This document shows positions 1-10,673 of a stretch of DNA of 64,000 nt, in pieces. This stretch comes from an uncultured Gemmatimonadaceae bacterium (GTDB taxonomy: Bacteria > Gemmatimonadota > Gemmatimonadetes > Gemmatimonadales > Gemmatimonadaceae). Each line of letters starts with the position of its first letter. Position 1 is the stretch's first letter. Below the pieces are notes generated by a model that was not told where the DNA came from, ran no database searches, and saw only the letters and a program-made list of their open reading frames with translations. Position numbers and translations under genes: made by a program. The stretch is from assembly GCA_963761305.1 (NCBI GenBank), contig CAVXGK010000002.1, positions 2,880,001 through 2,944,000 on the forward strand. The letters are read 5' to 3'.

Positions 1-1
1 A

Positions 2-1771
2 GAGCTGGTTGCCGAGCACAAGATGTCGCTGGCGATCGGCTTCGGGCTGATGCTGATAAACCGCGTCGCCGGATTGGTGCTCCCGTTCACGTCGAAGTTC
101 CTCGTCGACGACGTGATCACGAAGAAGCAAACCGACCTGCTGATGCCGCTCGCCGCCTTCGCCGTCGTCATGACAGTCATTCAAGGCGGCACGTCGTTCG
201 CCCTGTCCCAGGTCGTCAGCATCGCGGCACAACGGGCGATCACCGAGATGCGCAAGCGCGTGCAAGCCCACGTGCTGCGGCTGCCGATCTCGTACTTCGA
301 TTCGACCAAGACCGGCGTTCTCATCTCGCGCGTAATGACCGACGCCGAAGGCGTGCGCAATCTGGTCGGTACCGGACTCATCCAGCTCGTGGGGAGCGTG
401 CTGACCGCCGTCATGTCGCTCGCCGTGCTGTTCTACGTGAACTGGAAGCTCACCAGCGCCACGCTCGTTCTACTCGCCATTTTCGGCGTCATGATGACGG
501 TGGCGTTCAACCGCCTGCGCCCGCTCTTCCGCGAGCGCGGCGCGATCAACGCCGAAGTGACGGGCCGCCTCACCGAGACGATCGGCGGCGTGCGACTCGT
601 GAAGATCTACGTCGCGGAACCGCGGGAGCGTCTCGTGTTCGCTCGCGGCGTGCACAAGCTGTTTCGTAACGTCGCCAAGACGATCACCGGCACGTCGGTC
701 GTGGGCGCCGGGACGGCCGTCCTCACCGGATTGATCGGCGTCCTGCTCATCGTCATCGGCGGTCCGTCGGTGCTCAACGGATCGATGACGCTCGGTGAAA
801 TGTTCATGTACGTGTTTTTCATCGGACTCCTCGCCGCCCCGCTCGTGCAGATGGCGTCTATCGGCACGCAGGTGAGCGAAGCGTTCGCCGGTCTCGATCG
901 CATCGCCGAGATCCGCGCGATGACGACGGAGGACGAAGCCGACGCCGACAAGGAGACGGTGAACGACATCGACGGCAACGTCGAGTTCCAAGACGTCTCG
1001 TTCGAGTACGTGCCCGACGTACCGGTGCTGAAGCACGTGTCGTTCTCCGCGGAAGCCGGCTCCACCACGGCGCTGGTGGGCTCGAGCGGCTCGGGCAAGA
1101 GCACGCTCATTGGCTTGATCATGGCGTTCAACCATCCTAAGAGCGGTCGCGTGCTGGTCGACGGCAAGGACATCGCCAACGTCAAGCTGCGCGACTATCG
1201 CTCGCATGTGGGCGTCGTGATGCAGGACAACTTCCTCTTCGATGGCACCGTCCGCGAAAACATCGCGTTCAGCAAGCCGGGTGCGACCGACGAGGAGGTT
1301 CGGACCGCCGCCCACATCGCCCACTGCGACGAGTTCGTGGATCGCTTCGAAAAGGGATACGACACCATCGTCGGCGAACGCGGCGTGAAGCTCTCGGGCG
1401 GACAACGTCAGCGCGTCGCCATCGCGCGCGCCGTCCTCGCCGATCCGAGAATTCTCATCCTCGACGAGGCCACGTCGAGCCTGGACAGCGAGAGCGAAGC
1501 GATGATCCGCGACGGCCTCCGCTCGCTTCGGCGCGGCCGCACGACGTTCGTCATCGCACACCGGCTGTCGACGATCGAGAGCGCCGACCAGATCCTCGTG
1601 ATCGAAAACGGTGAGATCGTCGAGCGCGGCTCGCACCGCCAACTTCTCGCGCTCGGCGGTCGCTATCGCTCGCTCTATGAGCGGCAGTACGGCGCGGAAA
1701 AGGACGAGTACATCAATCCCGGCGAAGACTTCCTCTCCGTCGCCGGGAAAGACGTCGTGCGCAAGATGTAG
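2..1771 (+). CDS. ABC exporter, fused permease/ATP-binding protein (probably 5'-partial)
   Basis: N-terminal TM helices, Walker A GSSGSGKS, signature LSGGQRQR, Walker B ILILDEATS, H-loop IAHRL. The frame is open to the window edge upstream of ATG 23. Confidence 0.93.
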   Translation, partial: ELVAEHKMSLAIGFGLMLINRVAGLVLPFTSKFLVDDVITKKQTDLLMPLAAFAVVMTVIQGGTSFALSQVVSIAAQRAITEMRKRVQAHVLRLPISYFDSTKTGVLISRVMTDAEGVRNLVGTGLIQLVGSVLTAVMSLAVLFYVNWKLTSATLVLLAIFGVMMTVAFNRLRPLFRERGAINAEVTGRLTETIGGVRLVKIYVAEPRERLVFARGVHKLFRNVAKTITGTSVVGAGTAVLTGLIGVLLIVIGGPSVLNGSMTLGEMFMYVFFIGLLAAPLVQMASIGTQVSEAFAGLDRIAEIRAMTTEDEADADKETVNDIDGNVEFQDVSFEYVPDVPVLKHVSFSAEAGSTTALVGSSGSGKSTLIGLIMAFNHPKSGRVLVDGKDIANVKLRDYRSHVGVVMQDNFLFDGTVRENIAFSKPGATDEEVRTAAHIAHCDEFVDRFEKGYDTIVGERGVKLSGGQRQRVAIARAVLADPRILILDEATSSLDSESEAMIRDGLRSLRRGRTTFVIAHRLSTIESADQILVIENGEIVERGSHRQLLALGGRYRSLYERQYGAEKDEYINPGEDFLSVAGKDVVRKM

Positions 1772-1821
1772 CGTCCGGCGCGTGGCCGTAGATTGTCGAG
1801 TTCCCACCCACACACGTCCAC

Positions 1822-2628
1822 ATGCTGTTGCCACTGCTGTCTTCCGTATTCGTAATTCTGACGACGCCGAACGCCGGCGCATTTCGCGCGGCGCCGGAGG
1901 ACAGCCTCCACTGTGCCCCCGGCGAGCAGCGCATCGAGATCAGCGCCGCGACGCTCGCCGACGGCCGGCGTCTCCCGTTCGCCGTCGGCGAGCAGCTGCA
2001 ATACACGCCCTACTTCGGCCGACTGCGCGTCCCCGGGCTCGGTGAGATGCGGTTGATCGCGCGCGACACCGTCCGCGGGCATCTGGCGTGGAAGTCGGTG
2101 TTCACCACCGACGGCGGCATCCCCGGCGCGCACGTTCACGACACGACGATGAGTTGGTTCGACTCGGTCACATTCAGCTCGTTGCGATTCGTGCAGAACG
2201 TGCACGATCCCGGATATCACGCGAATCGCGACACGCAGATCTTCCCCGACGAGAAGATCTATCGAACGAAGGATGGCGTGACGCATCCGTCGGCGGCCGA
2301 TCCGCTCGACGACATGTCGCTCGTGTACCTCGTGCGCACGCTGCCGCTCGAGCCGGGACAATGCTACGTGCTCAGCCGGTATTTCAAAACGGAGAGCAAC
2401 CCGGTCGTGATTCACGTCGTCCGTCGCGACACCGTGAACGTCCCCGCCGGCCGCTTCCCGGCGATTCTGTTGCGTCCCGAGATCAAGACGACGGGAATCT
2501 TCTCGGAGAACGGGCACGCCGAACTGTGGCTCGCCGACGATTCGACCCGAACCGTTCTGCAACTGAACACGAGCCTCAAGTTCGGATCGATCAGCCTTCG
2601 ACTGCGTCACGTCGGGCACGATCAATAG
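1822..2628 (+). CDS. Secreted DUF3108-like protein
   Basis: Signal-peptide-like N-terminus; PFAVGEQLQY and V-V-V-PAGRF motifs; W-x-ADD near the C-terminus, typical of DUF3108. Confidence 0.7.
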   Translation: MLLPLLSSVFVILTTPNAGAFRAAPEDSLHCAPGEQRIEISAATLADGRRLPFAVGEQLQYTPYFGRLRVPGLGEMRLIARDTVRGHLAWKSVFTTDGGIPGAHVHDTTMSWFDSVTFSSLRFVQNVHDPGYHANRDTQIFPDEKIYRTKDGVTHPSAADPLDDMSLVYLVRTLPLEPGQCYVLSRYFKTESNPVVIHVVRRDTVNVPAGRFPAILLRPEIKTTGIFSENGHAELWLADDSTRTVLQLNTSLKFGSISLRLRHVGHDQ

Positions 2629-2792
2629 GGATTGACCAGGGCGGCGTCGGCGAATTCGGCGCGCGCGGCCGCGTTAAGACATCTAAACGCGATCTATGCG
2701 GTCCCTCACACCGGAGGAAGTTCCCAACCCCGGACGCCGGCCGCGCGTAGAGAGGATGTCCAATCAATCTGCGAACACCCCGAGGGCGTCCC

Positions 2793-5700
2793 GTGTCACC
2801 TCGCAGCTCCATATCACTGTTTCTCGTTCTCCTCCTCGGCGCATTTGCTCCGACTCGACTGCACGCTCAGGGCGACGCCGACATCATTCGTGGCCGCGTC
2901 ACGGGCCCGGATAAGAAGCCCGTCGAGAACGTCACCGTCACGGCGACGTCGCTTGTAAACCAGACGTCGCGCACCGCCAAGACCAACGCCGACGGCCGCT
3001 TCTCGATCATCTTCAACGGCGGCGGCGGCGACTACATGATGGCGTACATCGCCATCGGCTTCGCGCCGACGCGATTCGAGGTCAAGCGCGAGGTCGATGA
3101 GGATATTCTCATCGCCGACGCGTCAGTCAGCAAGACGGCCGTGTCGCTGGAGGCCGTGCGGGTCAACGCCGGGCGCGAGCGCCCCGACCGCAACGGCAAT
3201 TCCCTCGACGTCGGCGGCCGCGACCAGGCCGTCAACACGAACAACGTACCGATCGACATTCTCGGCGACCTGTCCGCGATGGCGGCGACGCTGCCCGGCG
3301 TCACGCTCATCCCCGGCGCCGACGGCGCTGCCAACGGGTTCTCCGTGCTCGGCCTCGGTGCCGACCAGAACAACATCACCCTGAACGGCCTGAACTTCGC
3401 CGGCACCGACCTGCCGCGCGACGCGACGACGCAGCAGCGCGTCACGACGTCCAGCTTCGACCCCTCGCGCGGCGGATTCTCCGGCGCGCAGATCTCCCTG
3501 CGAACGAACAGCGGCACCAATTACGTCACGCGATCGCTCCATCAAACGGTCGACGCGCCGAGTCTGCAGTACACCGACGCCGTCGGGCGAGCGCTCGGAA
3601 CGCAGTTCACGAATCTGCAGTTCAGCGGCAACGCCGCGGGTCCATTTCAACTCGACAAGTCCTTCTATTCGATGTCCTGGCAGGTCGGGCAACGGACCAG
3701 CACCCTCGAGGACTTGCTGAATCTGAGCGGCGACCAACTCGCCCTCGAACGCCTCGGCGTGTCAGGAGACTCGGTGCAGCGTCTGATCGGTCTGCTGAAC
3801 CAGGCCAACATTCCGCTGACGACGAACGGGATCCCCAGCTCGAAGCTGACGCGGAACGGGTCCTTCCTGACCAGCCTCGACTTCGCACCGAGCGGTGGGC
3901 ATTTCTTCAACATCACGGCGAACGGCCGTTGGCAGGGCCAGGACGGTGCCAGCGTCACCAACACCGCCGTCCCCGATCACGGCGGTGACAGGCGCACCTA
4001 TGGAGGCACGCTCCAGGGGCGGCACTCGACGTATTTCCTCGACAACTTCCTCGACAACACCAGCGCCTCGATTCAGGAGAGCGTGACCCAGGGCAATCCG
4101 TACATCGAGCTGCCATCGGCGACAGTGCGCGTCAACTCGGATTTCTCGGACGGAACCGCCGGGGTGTCGAACCTGCTGTTCGGTGGCAGCACGAGTTTGC
4201 CGACCGATTCGCACCAGTTGAACACCGAGTTGCAGAACGAATTGTCGTGGATCAGCCTCGACAACAAGCACCGCTACAAGTTCGGTCTCGATCTCCGATA
4301 CAATCGCTACTCGCAGGACAACACGGCGAATCGGTTCGGCACGTACACGTACAACTCGATTGAGGATTTCGAGGATGGCGTGCCGGCGAGCTTCAGCCGG
4401 CGGCTCCAGGTGAACGAGCGGCTCGGTGACGACCTCGGGGCCTCGTCGTGGCTCGGCGACGCATGGCGTCCCGCGCAGCGATTCCAGGTGACGTATGGCG
4501 TGCGCGTCGACGCGTCGCACTTCCAGGGCAATCCCGACTTCAACCCGGCGATCGATTCGGCATTCAAGCTCCGGAACGACGCGGTACCGCGCGGCGTGTA
4601 CGTCAGTCCGCGCCTCGGTTTCAGCTGGACTTACGGGACCAACCCGCAGATCGGCGGCTTCCAGGGCGCGCAGCGCGGATCGCGCGGGCAGATCAGCGGC
4701 GGCATCGGCCAGTTCCAAAATTTGCCGAGCTCTCCGCTGATCGCTGCTGCCGTCGATCAGACCGGGCTTCCGGCGGCGGCGCAGCAGCTGAGTTGCATCG
4801 GCGGCGCCGTGCCGACGCCGGATTGGCTTCAGTATCTCGGGAACACGGGCATGATTCCGAGCACGTGCGCGGGCGACCTTTCGACGTTCTCGAGCACGGT
4901 ACCAAACGTCGCGCTCTTCTCGAAGGACTACATCCCGCAGCGCAGCTGGCGCGCGAACCTCAACTGGAACGCGCCGATTCTCGACAACACGTTCCGGCTC
5001 ACCAGCGCGGCCACGTACTCGCTCAACCTGAATCAGCAGAGCCAGGTCGACGTCAACTTCGACCAGGCCCCTGTCTTCACGCTGGCGGCCGAGGGAGGCC
5101 GTCCGATCTACGTCGATCCGGCCAGCATCTTCCCGACCACGGGCACGCCGATCCAGACCACCTCTCGCGTGTCGCCCGAGTTCGCGAACGTGACGGACTA
5201 CTTGTCGGACCTCCGCTCGCACACGACGCAGTTCAGCGTCGGCCTCTCGCCGGTCGCGTTCAACTCGGCGTTCCAGTGGAGCGTGACCTACGTCTGGCAA
5301 AAGATCGTCGATGAACAGCGCGGCTTCGCCGGTGGCAATACGGGGGGCGACCCGGATCTCGTGCAGTGGGCGCGCGGCAACATGGATGCGCGTCACCAGA
5401 TCACGTACAACATCGGCTACACGTTCCACCAGGCGGTCAGCGTCGTCGCGCTCGGACGCGTCCAGTCGGGCAATCCGTTCACGCCGATGGTCGCGACCGA
5501 CATCAACGGCGACGGCTATGCGAACGATCGCGCGTTCATCTACGATCCGTCGAAGGTCGCCGACTCGGCGCTCGCGACCGGCATGAAGAACCTGTTGGCG
5601 ACGGCGCCCGCCTCGGTGCGCTCGTGCCTCGAGAGCCAGATCAACTCCATCGCCGGCCGCAACAGCTGCTCGGCGCCGTGGTACACGACGCTGAGCCTGC

Positions 5701-6470
5701 GCATCTCGCTCGTCTCACAGGCGATGAAGATTCCCGATCGCGCCACGATCTCGCTCGGCATCGCGAATCCGCTGACCGGAATCGACGCGCTGGTTCACGG
5801 CTCCAACAACCTTCACGGATGGGGCGCGCCGTCGTTGGCCGACCCGAACTTGCTGTTCGTCCGCGGCTTCGACCCGACGACCAATCAGTACGAATACACG
5901 GTCAATCCGCGCTTCGGCGCCAACCGGCAGGCGACGGCGGCCCTGCTGGCGCCGACGCAGCTCACACTCGACGTCAAGGTCGACGTCGGACCGGAGCGCG
6001 AGGAACAGGATCTGTTCCTCCGCCTGCGCCCGGGACGCTCGGGTAAGGGCAACAGGCTCACGGCCGATCAGATCAAGGTACAGTACGAGCGCACCTACCC
6101 GAACCCGTTCGAGCAGATGCTTCGCCAGCAGGACTCGCTCGGCTTGAGCAACGAGATCGCTGACAGCATCGCGACGCTCAACAAGGCCTACGGCAGGGTG
6201 ATCGACTCGATCTGGACACCGGTCTCGACGTACCTCGCCGGCCTGGAGGACAAGTACGACCTCAACGCCGCGTACTCGAAGGTGAGCGAGGCAGAGAACA
6301 AGTCGCTCGACCAGATGGCGATCTACGGCCCGGCCGCCAAACAGTTGTTGACCCCGGAGCAAGTTCGCAAGCTTCCGCCCTTCATCGCGCTGTTCCTCGA
6401 CAACCAGGCGATTCGCCAGGTTCGGCCCGGCAGGGCAGGTGGAGGAAGAGGCGGATTCTTCGGCGGGTGA
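2793..6470 (+). CDS. TonB-dependent-receptor-like outer-membrane protein with N-terminal carboxypeptidase-regulatory-like domain
   Basis: Signal peptide; IRGRVTG..PV..VTVTA and T.T.ADGRF domain; plug-like NNITLNG and RGGFSGAQI; barrel-like SPRLGFSW; 1225 aa. GTG start. Confidence 0.78.
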   Translation: MSPRSSISLFLVLLLGAFAPTRLHAQGDADIIRGRVTGPDKKPVENVTVTATSLVNQTSRTAKTNADGRFSIIFNGGGGDYMMAYIAIGFAPTRFEVKREVDEDILIADASVSKTAVSLEAVRVNAGRERPDRNGNSLDVGGRDQAVNTNNVPIDILGDLSAMAATLPGVTLIPGADGAANGFSVLGLGADQNNITLNGLNFAGTDLPRDATTQQRVTTSSFDPSRGGFSGAQISLRTNSGTNYVTRSLHQTVDAPSLQYTDAVGRALGTQFTNLQFSGNAAGPFQLDKSFYSMSWQVGQRTSTLEDLLNLSGDQLALERLGVSGDSVQRLIGLLNQANIPLTTNGIPSSKLTRNGSFLTSLDFAPSGGHFFNITANGRWQGQDGASVTNTAVPDHGGDRRTYGGTLQGRHSTYFLDNFLDNTSASIQESVTQGNPYIELPSATVRVNSDFSDGTAGVSNLLFGGSTSLPTDSHQLNTELQNELSWISLDNKHRYKFGLDLRYNRYSQDNTANRFGTYTYNSIEDFEDGVPASFSRRLQVNERLGDDLGASSWLGDAWRPAQRFQVTYGVRVDASHFQGNPDFNPAIDSAFKLRNDAVPRGVYVSPRLGFSWTYGTNPQIGGFQGAQRGSRGQISGGIGQFQNLPSSPLIAAAVDQTGLPAAAQQLSCIGGAVPTPDWLQYLGNTGMIPSTCAGDLSTFSSTVPNVALFSKDYIPQRSWRANLNWNAPILDNTFRLTSAATYSLNLNQQSQVDVNFDQAPVFTLAAEGGRPIYVDPASIFPTTGTPIQTTSRVSPEFANVTDYLSDLRSHTTQFSVGLSPVAFNSAFQWSVTYVWQKIVDEQRGFAGGNTGGDPDLVQWARGNMDARHQITYNIGYTFHQAVSVVALGRVQSGNPFTPMVATDINGDGYANDRAFIYDPSKVADSALATGMKNLLATAPASVRSCLESQINSIAGRNSCSAPWYTTLSLRISLVSQAMKIPDRATISLGIANPLTGIDALVHGSNNLHGWGAPSLADPNLLFVRGFDPTTNQYEYTVNPRFGANRQATAALLAPTQLTLDVKVDVGPEREEQDLFLRLRPGRSGKGNRLTADQIKVQYERTYPNPFEQMLRQQDSLGLSNEIADSIATLNKAYGRVIDSIWTPVSTYLAGLEDKYDLNAAYSKVSEAENKSLDQMAIYGPAAKQLLTPEQVRKLPPFIALFLDNQAIRQVRPGRAGGGRGGFFGG

Positions 6471-6489
6471 CGTCGGGAAGTGCGATCAG

Positions 6490-6526
6490 AAAAGCGGCGC
6501 CGTCTTGCGACGGCGCGGTTTTTTTT
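6490..6526 (+). terminator. Rho-independent terminator, possibly bidirectional
   Basis: GCGCCGTC-TTGC-GACGGCGC stem followed by T8 and preceded by A4; lies between convergent genes. Confidence 0.85.
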
Positions 6527-6552
6527 CGTGAGTCCCCGGCCACTCGTGAGCA

Positions 6553-7836
6553 CTATTTGACGAGCGTGGCTCCTGTCAGCATCGCGATCGCCGCCAGCGT
6601 CGTCTGCGCCGCGTTCAATCCGAGCCGAAAGTCCTTGTCGTTGTACGTCGCGAAGAGATCCGTCGGCTGGTGCCACTGCGGATCCCACCCCGCGCCGATT
6701 TGTTCGCCGCGCTCGTTCTCGCGCAGCGAGATCGCCGGGACGAGATCCTGAAACGGCCCCGAGTCCGTGTTGGTCATGTGCTGGCCGACGCGTGCCGGAT
6801 AATCCGTGGCGTACTTCTCGTTCGCCGTCTGGAAGAACCACGCGAGCTTCTGCGCCCCCTCGGCCTGCTTCGACGTCACTTGGAATTCGACGTTGACGTC
6901 GGCCTCGGGACGCTGCTCCGGACTCATCGTGCCGTCGGCGCGCGGCATGCCGTGGTCGAACATCAGCATGTCGTGCTGAATCATGCCGAGCCATTTCGGC
7001 TCGGGGTATTTGCCGGAGCCCGGCGGATTCTCCTTGCCCTGCAGCGAATCGCGCTGGGCGACGTAGGCGCGCGCGCCGTTCGTGCCCGTCTCCTCGTTGT
7101 TCCACAAGATGAAGCGGATGCTGCGATCCGTCTTCACGTCCGGGCTGCTGAACACGCGCGCCACTTCCATCACGAGCGCGGTGCCGGAGCCGTCGTCGTT
7201 CGCCGCTTCACCCCAGCCGATGCCGTCCATGTGGCCGCCGACGATGTACATCTCGTTCGGATGCGTCGTGCCGACCTTGGTGCAGAAGACTTCCTGCCGC
7301 TCGCCGTCGACCGACTGCGGCGTGTCGAGCGCGCGGAGCTTGGGATCCGGCTGCTTGAGAGAGTCGGTGTTGACACCTGTCGGCAGGCGAATGCCACGCA
7401 GGCGCCCCCCGCCTTGCGCCGTGTTGCCGCGGCCGCGGCCGCCTCCACCACCCGCGCGTCCTCGGCCGCCGGTGGTGTCGCCAGGCGCGCCACTGCGCCC
7501 GCGGGCCGGCGGAGCGACGTACGTGTAGGTGATTCGCTCGGTCGGCGTGCAGCCGTAGCTCTTGAGCTGCGCCTGGATCCAATCGACTGCCTGGCGATTG
7601 CGCTCGGTGCCTTGGCGGCGATCGCCGAACTGGGTCAGGCCTTTGACCGTCGCCTTGTACTTCTGGAGGTCGAGCCGCGCCACCATCAGCCGAACTGGAT
7701 CGTTCAGCGTGTCGGGAGGCGCCTGGTTGGCGCCGGGCTGTTGCGCGTGTGCGCGCGTCGGGGCGAGAGCGAAGGACGCGGCGGCGACCGCGAGGATCGC
7801 GGTCCGTTTACTCTGAGTGCGAACGAGGGTGCTCAT
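6553..7836 (-). CDS. M28 family (M20/M28 clan) zinc peptidase, secreted
   Basis: Signal peptide; GGHMD, ANDDGSG, NEETG, HDM, NTDS and HQPTD zinc-site motifs. Confidence 0.88.
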   Translation of the reverse strand: MSTLVRTQSKRTAILAVAAASFALAPTRAHAQQPGANQAPPDTLNDPVRLMVARLDLQKYKATVKGLTQFGDRRQGTERNRQAVDWIQAQLKSYGCTPTERITYTYVAPPARGRSGAPGDTTGGRGRAGGGGGRGRGNTAQGGGRLRGIRLPTGVNTDSLKQPDPKLRALDTPQSVDGERQEVFCTKVGTTHPNEMYIVGGHMDGIGWGEAANDDGSGTALVMEVARVFSSPDVKTDRSIRFILWNNEETGTNGARAYVAQRDSLQGKENPPGSGKYPEPKWLGMIQHDMLMFDHGMPRADGTMSPEQRPEADVNVEFQVTSKQAEGAQKLAWFFQTANEKYATDYPARVGQHMTNTDSGPFQDLVPAISLRENERGEQIGAGWDPQWHQPTDLFATYNDKDFRLGLNAAQTTLAAIAMLTGATLVK

Positions 7837-7895
7837 GGTCTCGGCGGATTGGACGCCGGATCATGAGCACCCTCGCTACAGCGTGCAAGTAGTGC

Positions 7896-8471
7896 TTAGC
7901 GACGACGGCCACGCTGCGGCCCGTCGTCGTTCCCGCCGACCTGAAAGGACAGGCCGACGCGAAGCTCGTTCGTTCGCGGCGGCGCGTCCTGGGCCGTGGG
8001 CAGCACGTACTCCGTCATGCGCCAGCGCGCTTCACCGAACAGCTCGACCGCGCGGGTGATCGGCAGGTTGGCGCCGAAGCCGTAGCTCCAGTCGGTGCGC
8101 GTCGTGGTGTTCACGACGTTCTGGACCCCCTCGACGCCCACGCCCGTGAACACGAACGGGGTGATCGAGCGGGACCCGCCGAACAGAAACATGGCGTCCG
8201 CGTCCGCGCCCCACGGGCGCATGTCGGTCGAGTAGGCCGCCGAGGCGTTCAGGTTCTGAAGAGCGAGGTTACCGCTGGCACGGAACGCCAATCCGCTGTT
8301 TCCGCCGAGCGTCAGCGCGAGACCGGCGAGCGGGCTGGCGCCCGTCGACGGCAGGAACGACACGAACGGCGAGATGGCGAGGTTGGATTGCTGCGCAGAC
8401 GCCGCGACGACCGGGGCGGCGATGCCGGCCAGGAGAAGCTGCGGCAGCCGGAAAGTGATGGATCGATTCAC
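7896..8471 (-). CDS. Outer-membrane beta-barrel-like protein
   Basis: GTG start with GGAG RBS; signal peptide; amphipathic strands (PFVFTGVG, YGFGANLP, ELFGEARW, ELRVGLSF). Confidence 0.65.
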   Translation of the reverse strand: MNRSITFRLPQLLLAGIAAPVVAASAQQSNLAISPFVSFLPSTGASPLAGLALTLGGNSGLAFRASGNLALQNLNASAAYSTDMRPWGADADAMFLFGGSRSITPFVFTGVGVEGVQNVVNTTTRTDWSYGFGANLPITRAVELFGEARWRMTEYVLPTAQDAPPRTNELRVGLSFQVGGNDDGPQRGRRR

Positions 8472-8737
8472 GGGCGACTCCGGAAAGGGATGTGTCGGCG
8501 GGGAGAGAGTGCACGTCGGTTGCCAGGAGGTTCCAAATCCGCAACTCATTACCGGGACGGCGGTTGCCTCGCAGGCTCGCTCCCGTGACTGGTCCCGTGT
8601 GTCCCGCGGCAGGGACACCGGGTGTCGCCTCCGGCGGGCGCTTTCAGGGCGGACCGAGTCCCGGTAGGCTTCGCCTCTCCGAGGGACGACGACGATCAGC
8701 GAGGGACGGCGAAGCCGGCGGCCAGGAGGATATTCTA

Positions 8738-9229
8738 ATGAGCATCGGTTCATCGATGGTGCCCGAGTTCGACCAGGAAATGACGACCACGCGACGGCTG
8801 CTCGAGCGCGTCCCGTCGGAAAAGGCCGAGTGGAAGCCGCATCCCAAATCGTTCGCGCTCGGACATCTTGCGCAGCTCGTGGCACGCATGCCGGGCTGGA
8901 TCACGATGACCATCGCGCGCCCCGACCTGGACCTCGCCGGCGGCGGCGGATATTCGTTTCAGCCGACCGGCGAACTGCTGGCGCAATTCGACACGCACGT
9001 CGGCGAAGCACGCACCGCGCTGTCCGGCGTGCGCGACGAGGCGTTCGCCGAACCGTGGTCCCTCCGCATGGGCGATCGAGTGCTCTCCACGCTCCCGCGC
9101 GGCGTGGTGGTGCGGACGCACATCAACCATCTCGTGCACCACCGCGGCCAACTCACCGTCTATTTGAGATTGCTCGACGTGCCGATTCCGTCGATCTACG
9201 GACCGACGGCGGACGAACGGTGGGGTTAG
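8738..9229 (+). CDS. DinB family protein
   Basis: AGGAGG RBS before the ATG; WKPHPKS..LG.LA.L and H..HHRGQL.VYLRLL motifs. Confidence 0.88.
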   Translation: MSIGSSMVPEFDQEMTTTRRLLERVPSEKAEWKPHPKSFALGHLAQLVARMPGWITMTIARPDLDLAGGGGYSFQPTGELLAQFDTHVGEARTALSGVRDEAFAEPWSLRMGDRVLSTLPRGVVVRTHINHLVHHRGQLTVYLRLLDVPIPSIYGPTADERWG

Positions 9230-9257
9230 AGCCGCGCGGCGGAGCGCGGCCCGGCCC

Positions 9258-10673
9258 TTAGCGATTTCTGAACGTGTACTTCGTCCAGACGACGACCATC
9301 CCGCACTCCGGCGCCCGCCCTGGCGGCAAGAGCTGCGCGGGAACCATCAGCGGGCGCGCGTAGACCTCGATCCCGGCGACTTCATGCGATTGCAGGTCGG
9401 ACAGCGCGTTCGCCGACACCTCGACTCCGTCGAGCAGAATCGTCGGCTGGCAGGCGACTCCCCGGTCGTTCATCGTCGTCAACGAGACGCTGCCGAAGCG
9501 CCGCAGCATGCGAATGCCCGGGACGTCGTTGAACACGTTGATGAAGTCCGGATACCGCGCAATCGACATCGAGTCGAGCACGTAGCCGTTTCCGGCGTGG
9601 CGCCGGACGTCGAACTCCTGGGCCATCACGTGGACGCCCGGCGTCGCCACAGTTCGCATGCCGCTGAGCACGATCGGCCGCCCGAATTGCACCGCCATCC
9701 GCGTCGTGTCGTTGGGAACGACGTCGACCGTCGTCGAGATCGGCGCCACGCCAACGGAGAGGACGTCCATCTGCTGAGTGCCGAGCGGAACGTGGTGCAG
9801 CACGAAATGGCCGTCTTGGTCCGTCCGGACCTCGCGCATGCCCGGGATGGCGACCCGCGCCTCGCCGAACGGCGAGCCGTCCATCTTGCTGACGATGCCG
9901 CTCACCACCCCGACGCGCGACGACGTGGAGTCGGTCGGGCCGACCAGGAGATCGCGCCGTTCGATCCGTCCGGGACGCGGGGCGAGATCGATGTCGCCGC
10001 TCGCCACCGAATCCCGCCGCCCCGCGCCGCCAGCGCGGATGGACATCTCTTCCCAGGTGGGGATGTCGCAAACGCTGTAGTTGCCGCTGTCGTCCGCGAC
10101 ACCCTCGGCGCGCCAAATTCGGCCGCGCACGCGACCGCCTTTCGCCTCGAACTCCGTCCAGCTGATCAGGATGTGCGCGTGCGCCAACGGACGCATCGTC
10201 GTGGCGTCGCGGACCGTGCCGAAGACGAAGCCGCTGTCTTTGGGCACGTGGAGCCCGGCGCATTCGATTCGCCAGAGTGTGCCGAACGACGGAACGCCGA
10301 GGCGAATCTCGTCGCCTTCGCTGACCACCGTCGCCTTGCGCGAGATGCCGGTGAGGCCGAGCGAATCGAGCACGGCGTGCTGGATCGCGAAGGTGTAGTC
10401 GCCCGGCGCGACGCTGTCGAACTGGAAGCGGCCGTGTGAGTCGGTAGTGGTGTTTCTGGCACCGGACTGGCTGCCGAGAATGCTCACGAAGGCGTCGCGG
10501 AGCGGCTCGCGGCGGATGCTGTCGTAGGCGACGCCGTGCACCGGCATGGTCTTCGGGACCGCCTGCGGCGGGGCAGGCGACGGGGAGGCGCGCGGAGTTC
10601 CTTGCGCGGGAGCGCTGCGCGTTGCCACGATGACGCCCAGGAAAGCGGCGCGCAAAACGAGGAACGTCTTCAC
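9258..10673 (-). CDS. Secreted protein with repeated carboxypeptidase-regulatory-like domains and a C-terminal TonB-plug-like domain
   Basis: Three G.V.D...TD..G.F/Y units; C-terminal C.P.ILLDG...VAGIEVY..P...CGMVVVWTK. Start placed at GTG 10673. Confidence 0.7.
   Translation of the reverse strand: MKTFLVLRAAFLGVIVATRSAPAQGTPRASPSPAPPQAVPKTMPVHGVAYDSIRREPLRDAFVSILGSQSGARNTTTDSHGRFQFDSVAPGDYTFAIQHAVLDSLGLTGISRKATVVSEGDEIRLGVPSFGTLWRIECAGLHVPKDSGFVFGTVRDATTMRPLAHAHILISWTEFEAKGGRVRGRIWRAEGVADDSGNYSVCDIPTWEEMSIRAGGAGRRDSVASGDIDLAPRPGRIERRDLLVGPTDSTSSRVGVVSGIVSKMDGSPFGEARVAIPGMREVRTDQDGHFVLHHVPLGTQQMDVLSVGVAPISTTVDVVPNDTTRMAVQFGRPIVLSGMRTVATPGVHVMAQEFDVRRHAGNGYVLDSMSIARYPDFINVFNDVPGIRMLRRFGSVSLTTMNDRGVACQPTILLDGVEVSANALSDLQSHEVAGIEVYARPLMVPAQLLPPGRAPECGMVVVWTKYTFRNR

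Noticed and set aside
2713..2725. GAGGAAGTTCC resembling the RNase P RNA GAGGAAAGTCC
   Set aside because: The match is imperfect and the 165-nt gap is too short for rnpB.
7410..7510. Gly/Arg-rich insert in the M28 peptidase as a possible intein or insertion element
   Set aside because: It is a short in-frame low-complexity loop with no splicing motifs or terminal repeats.
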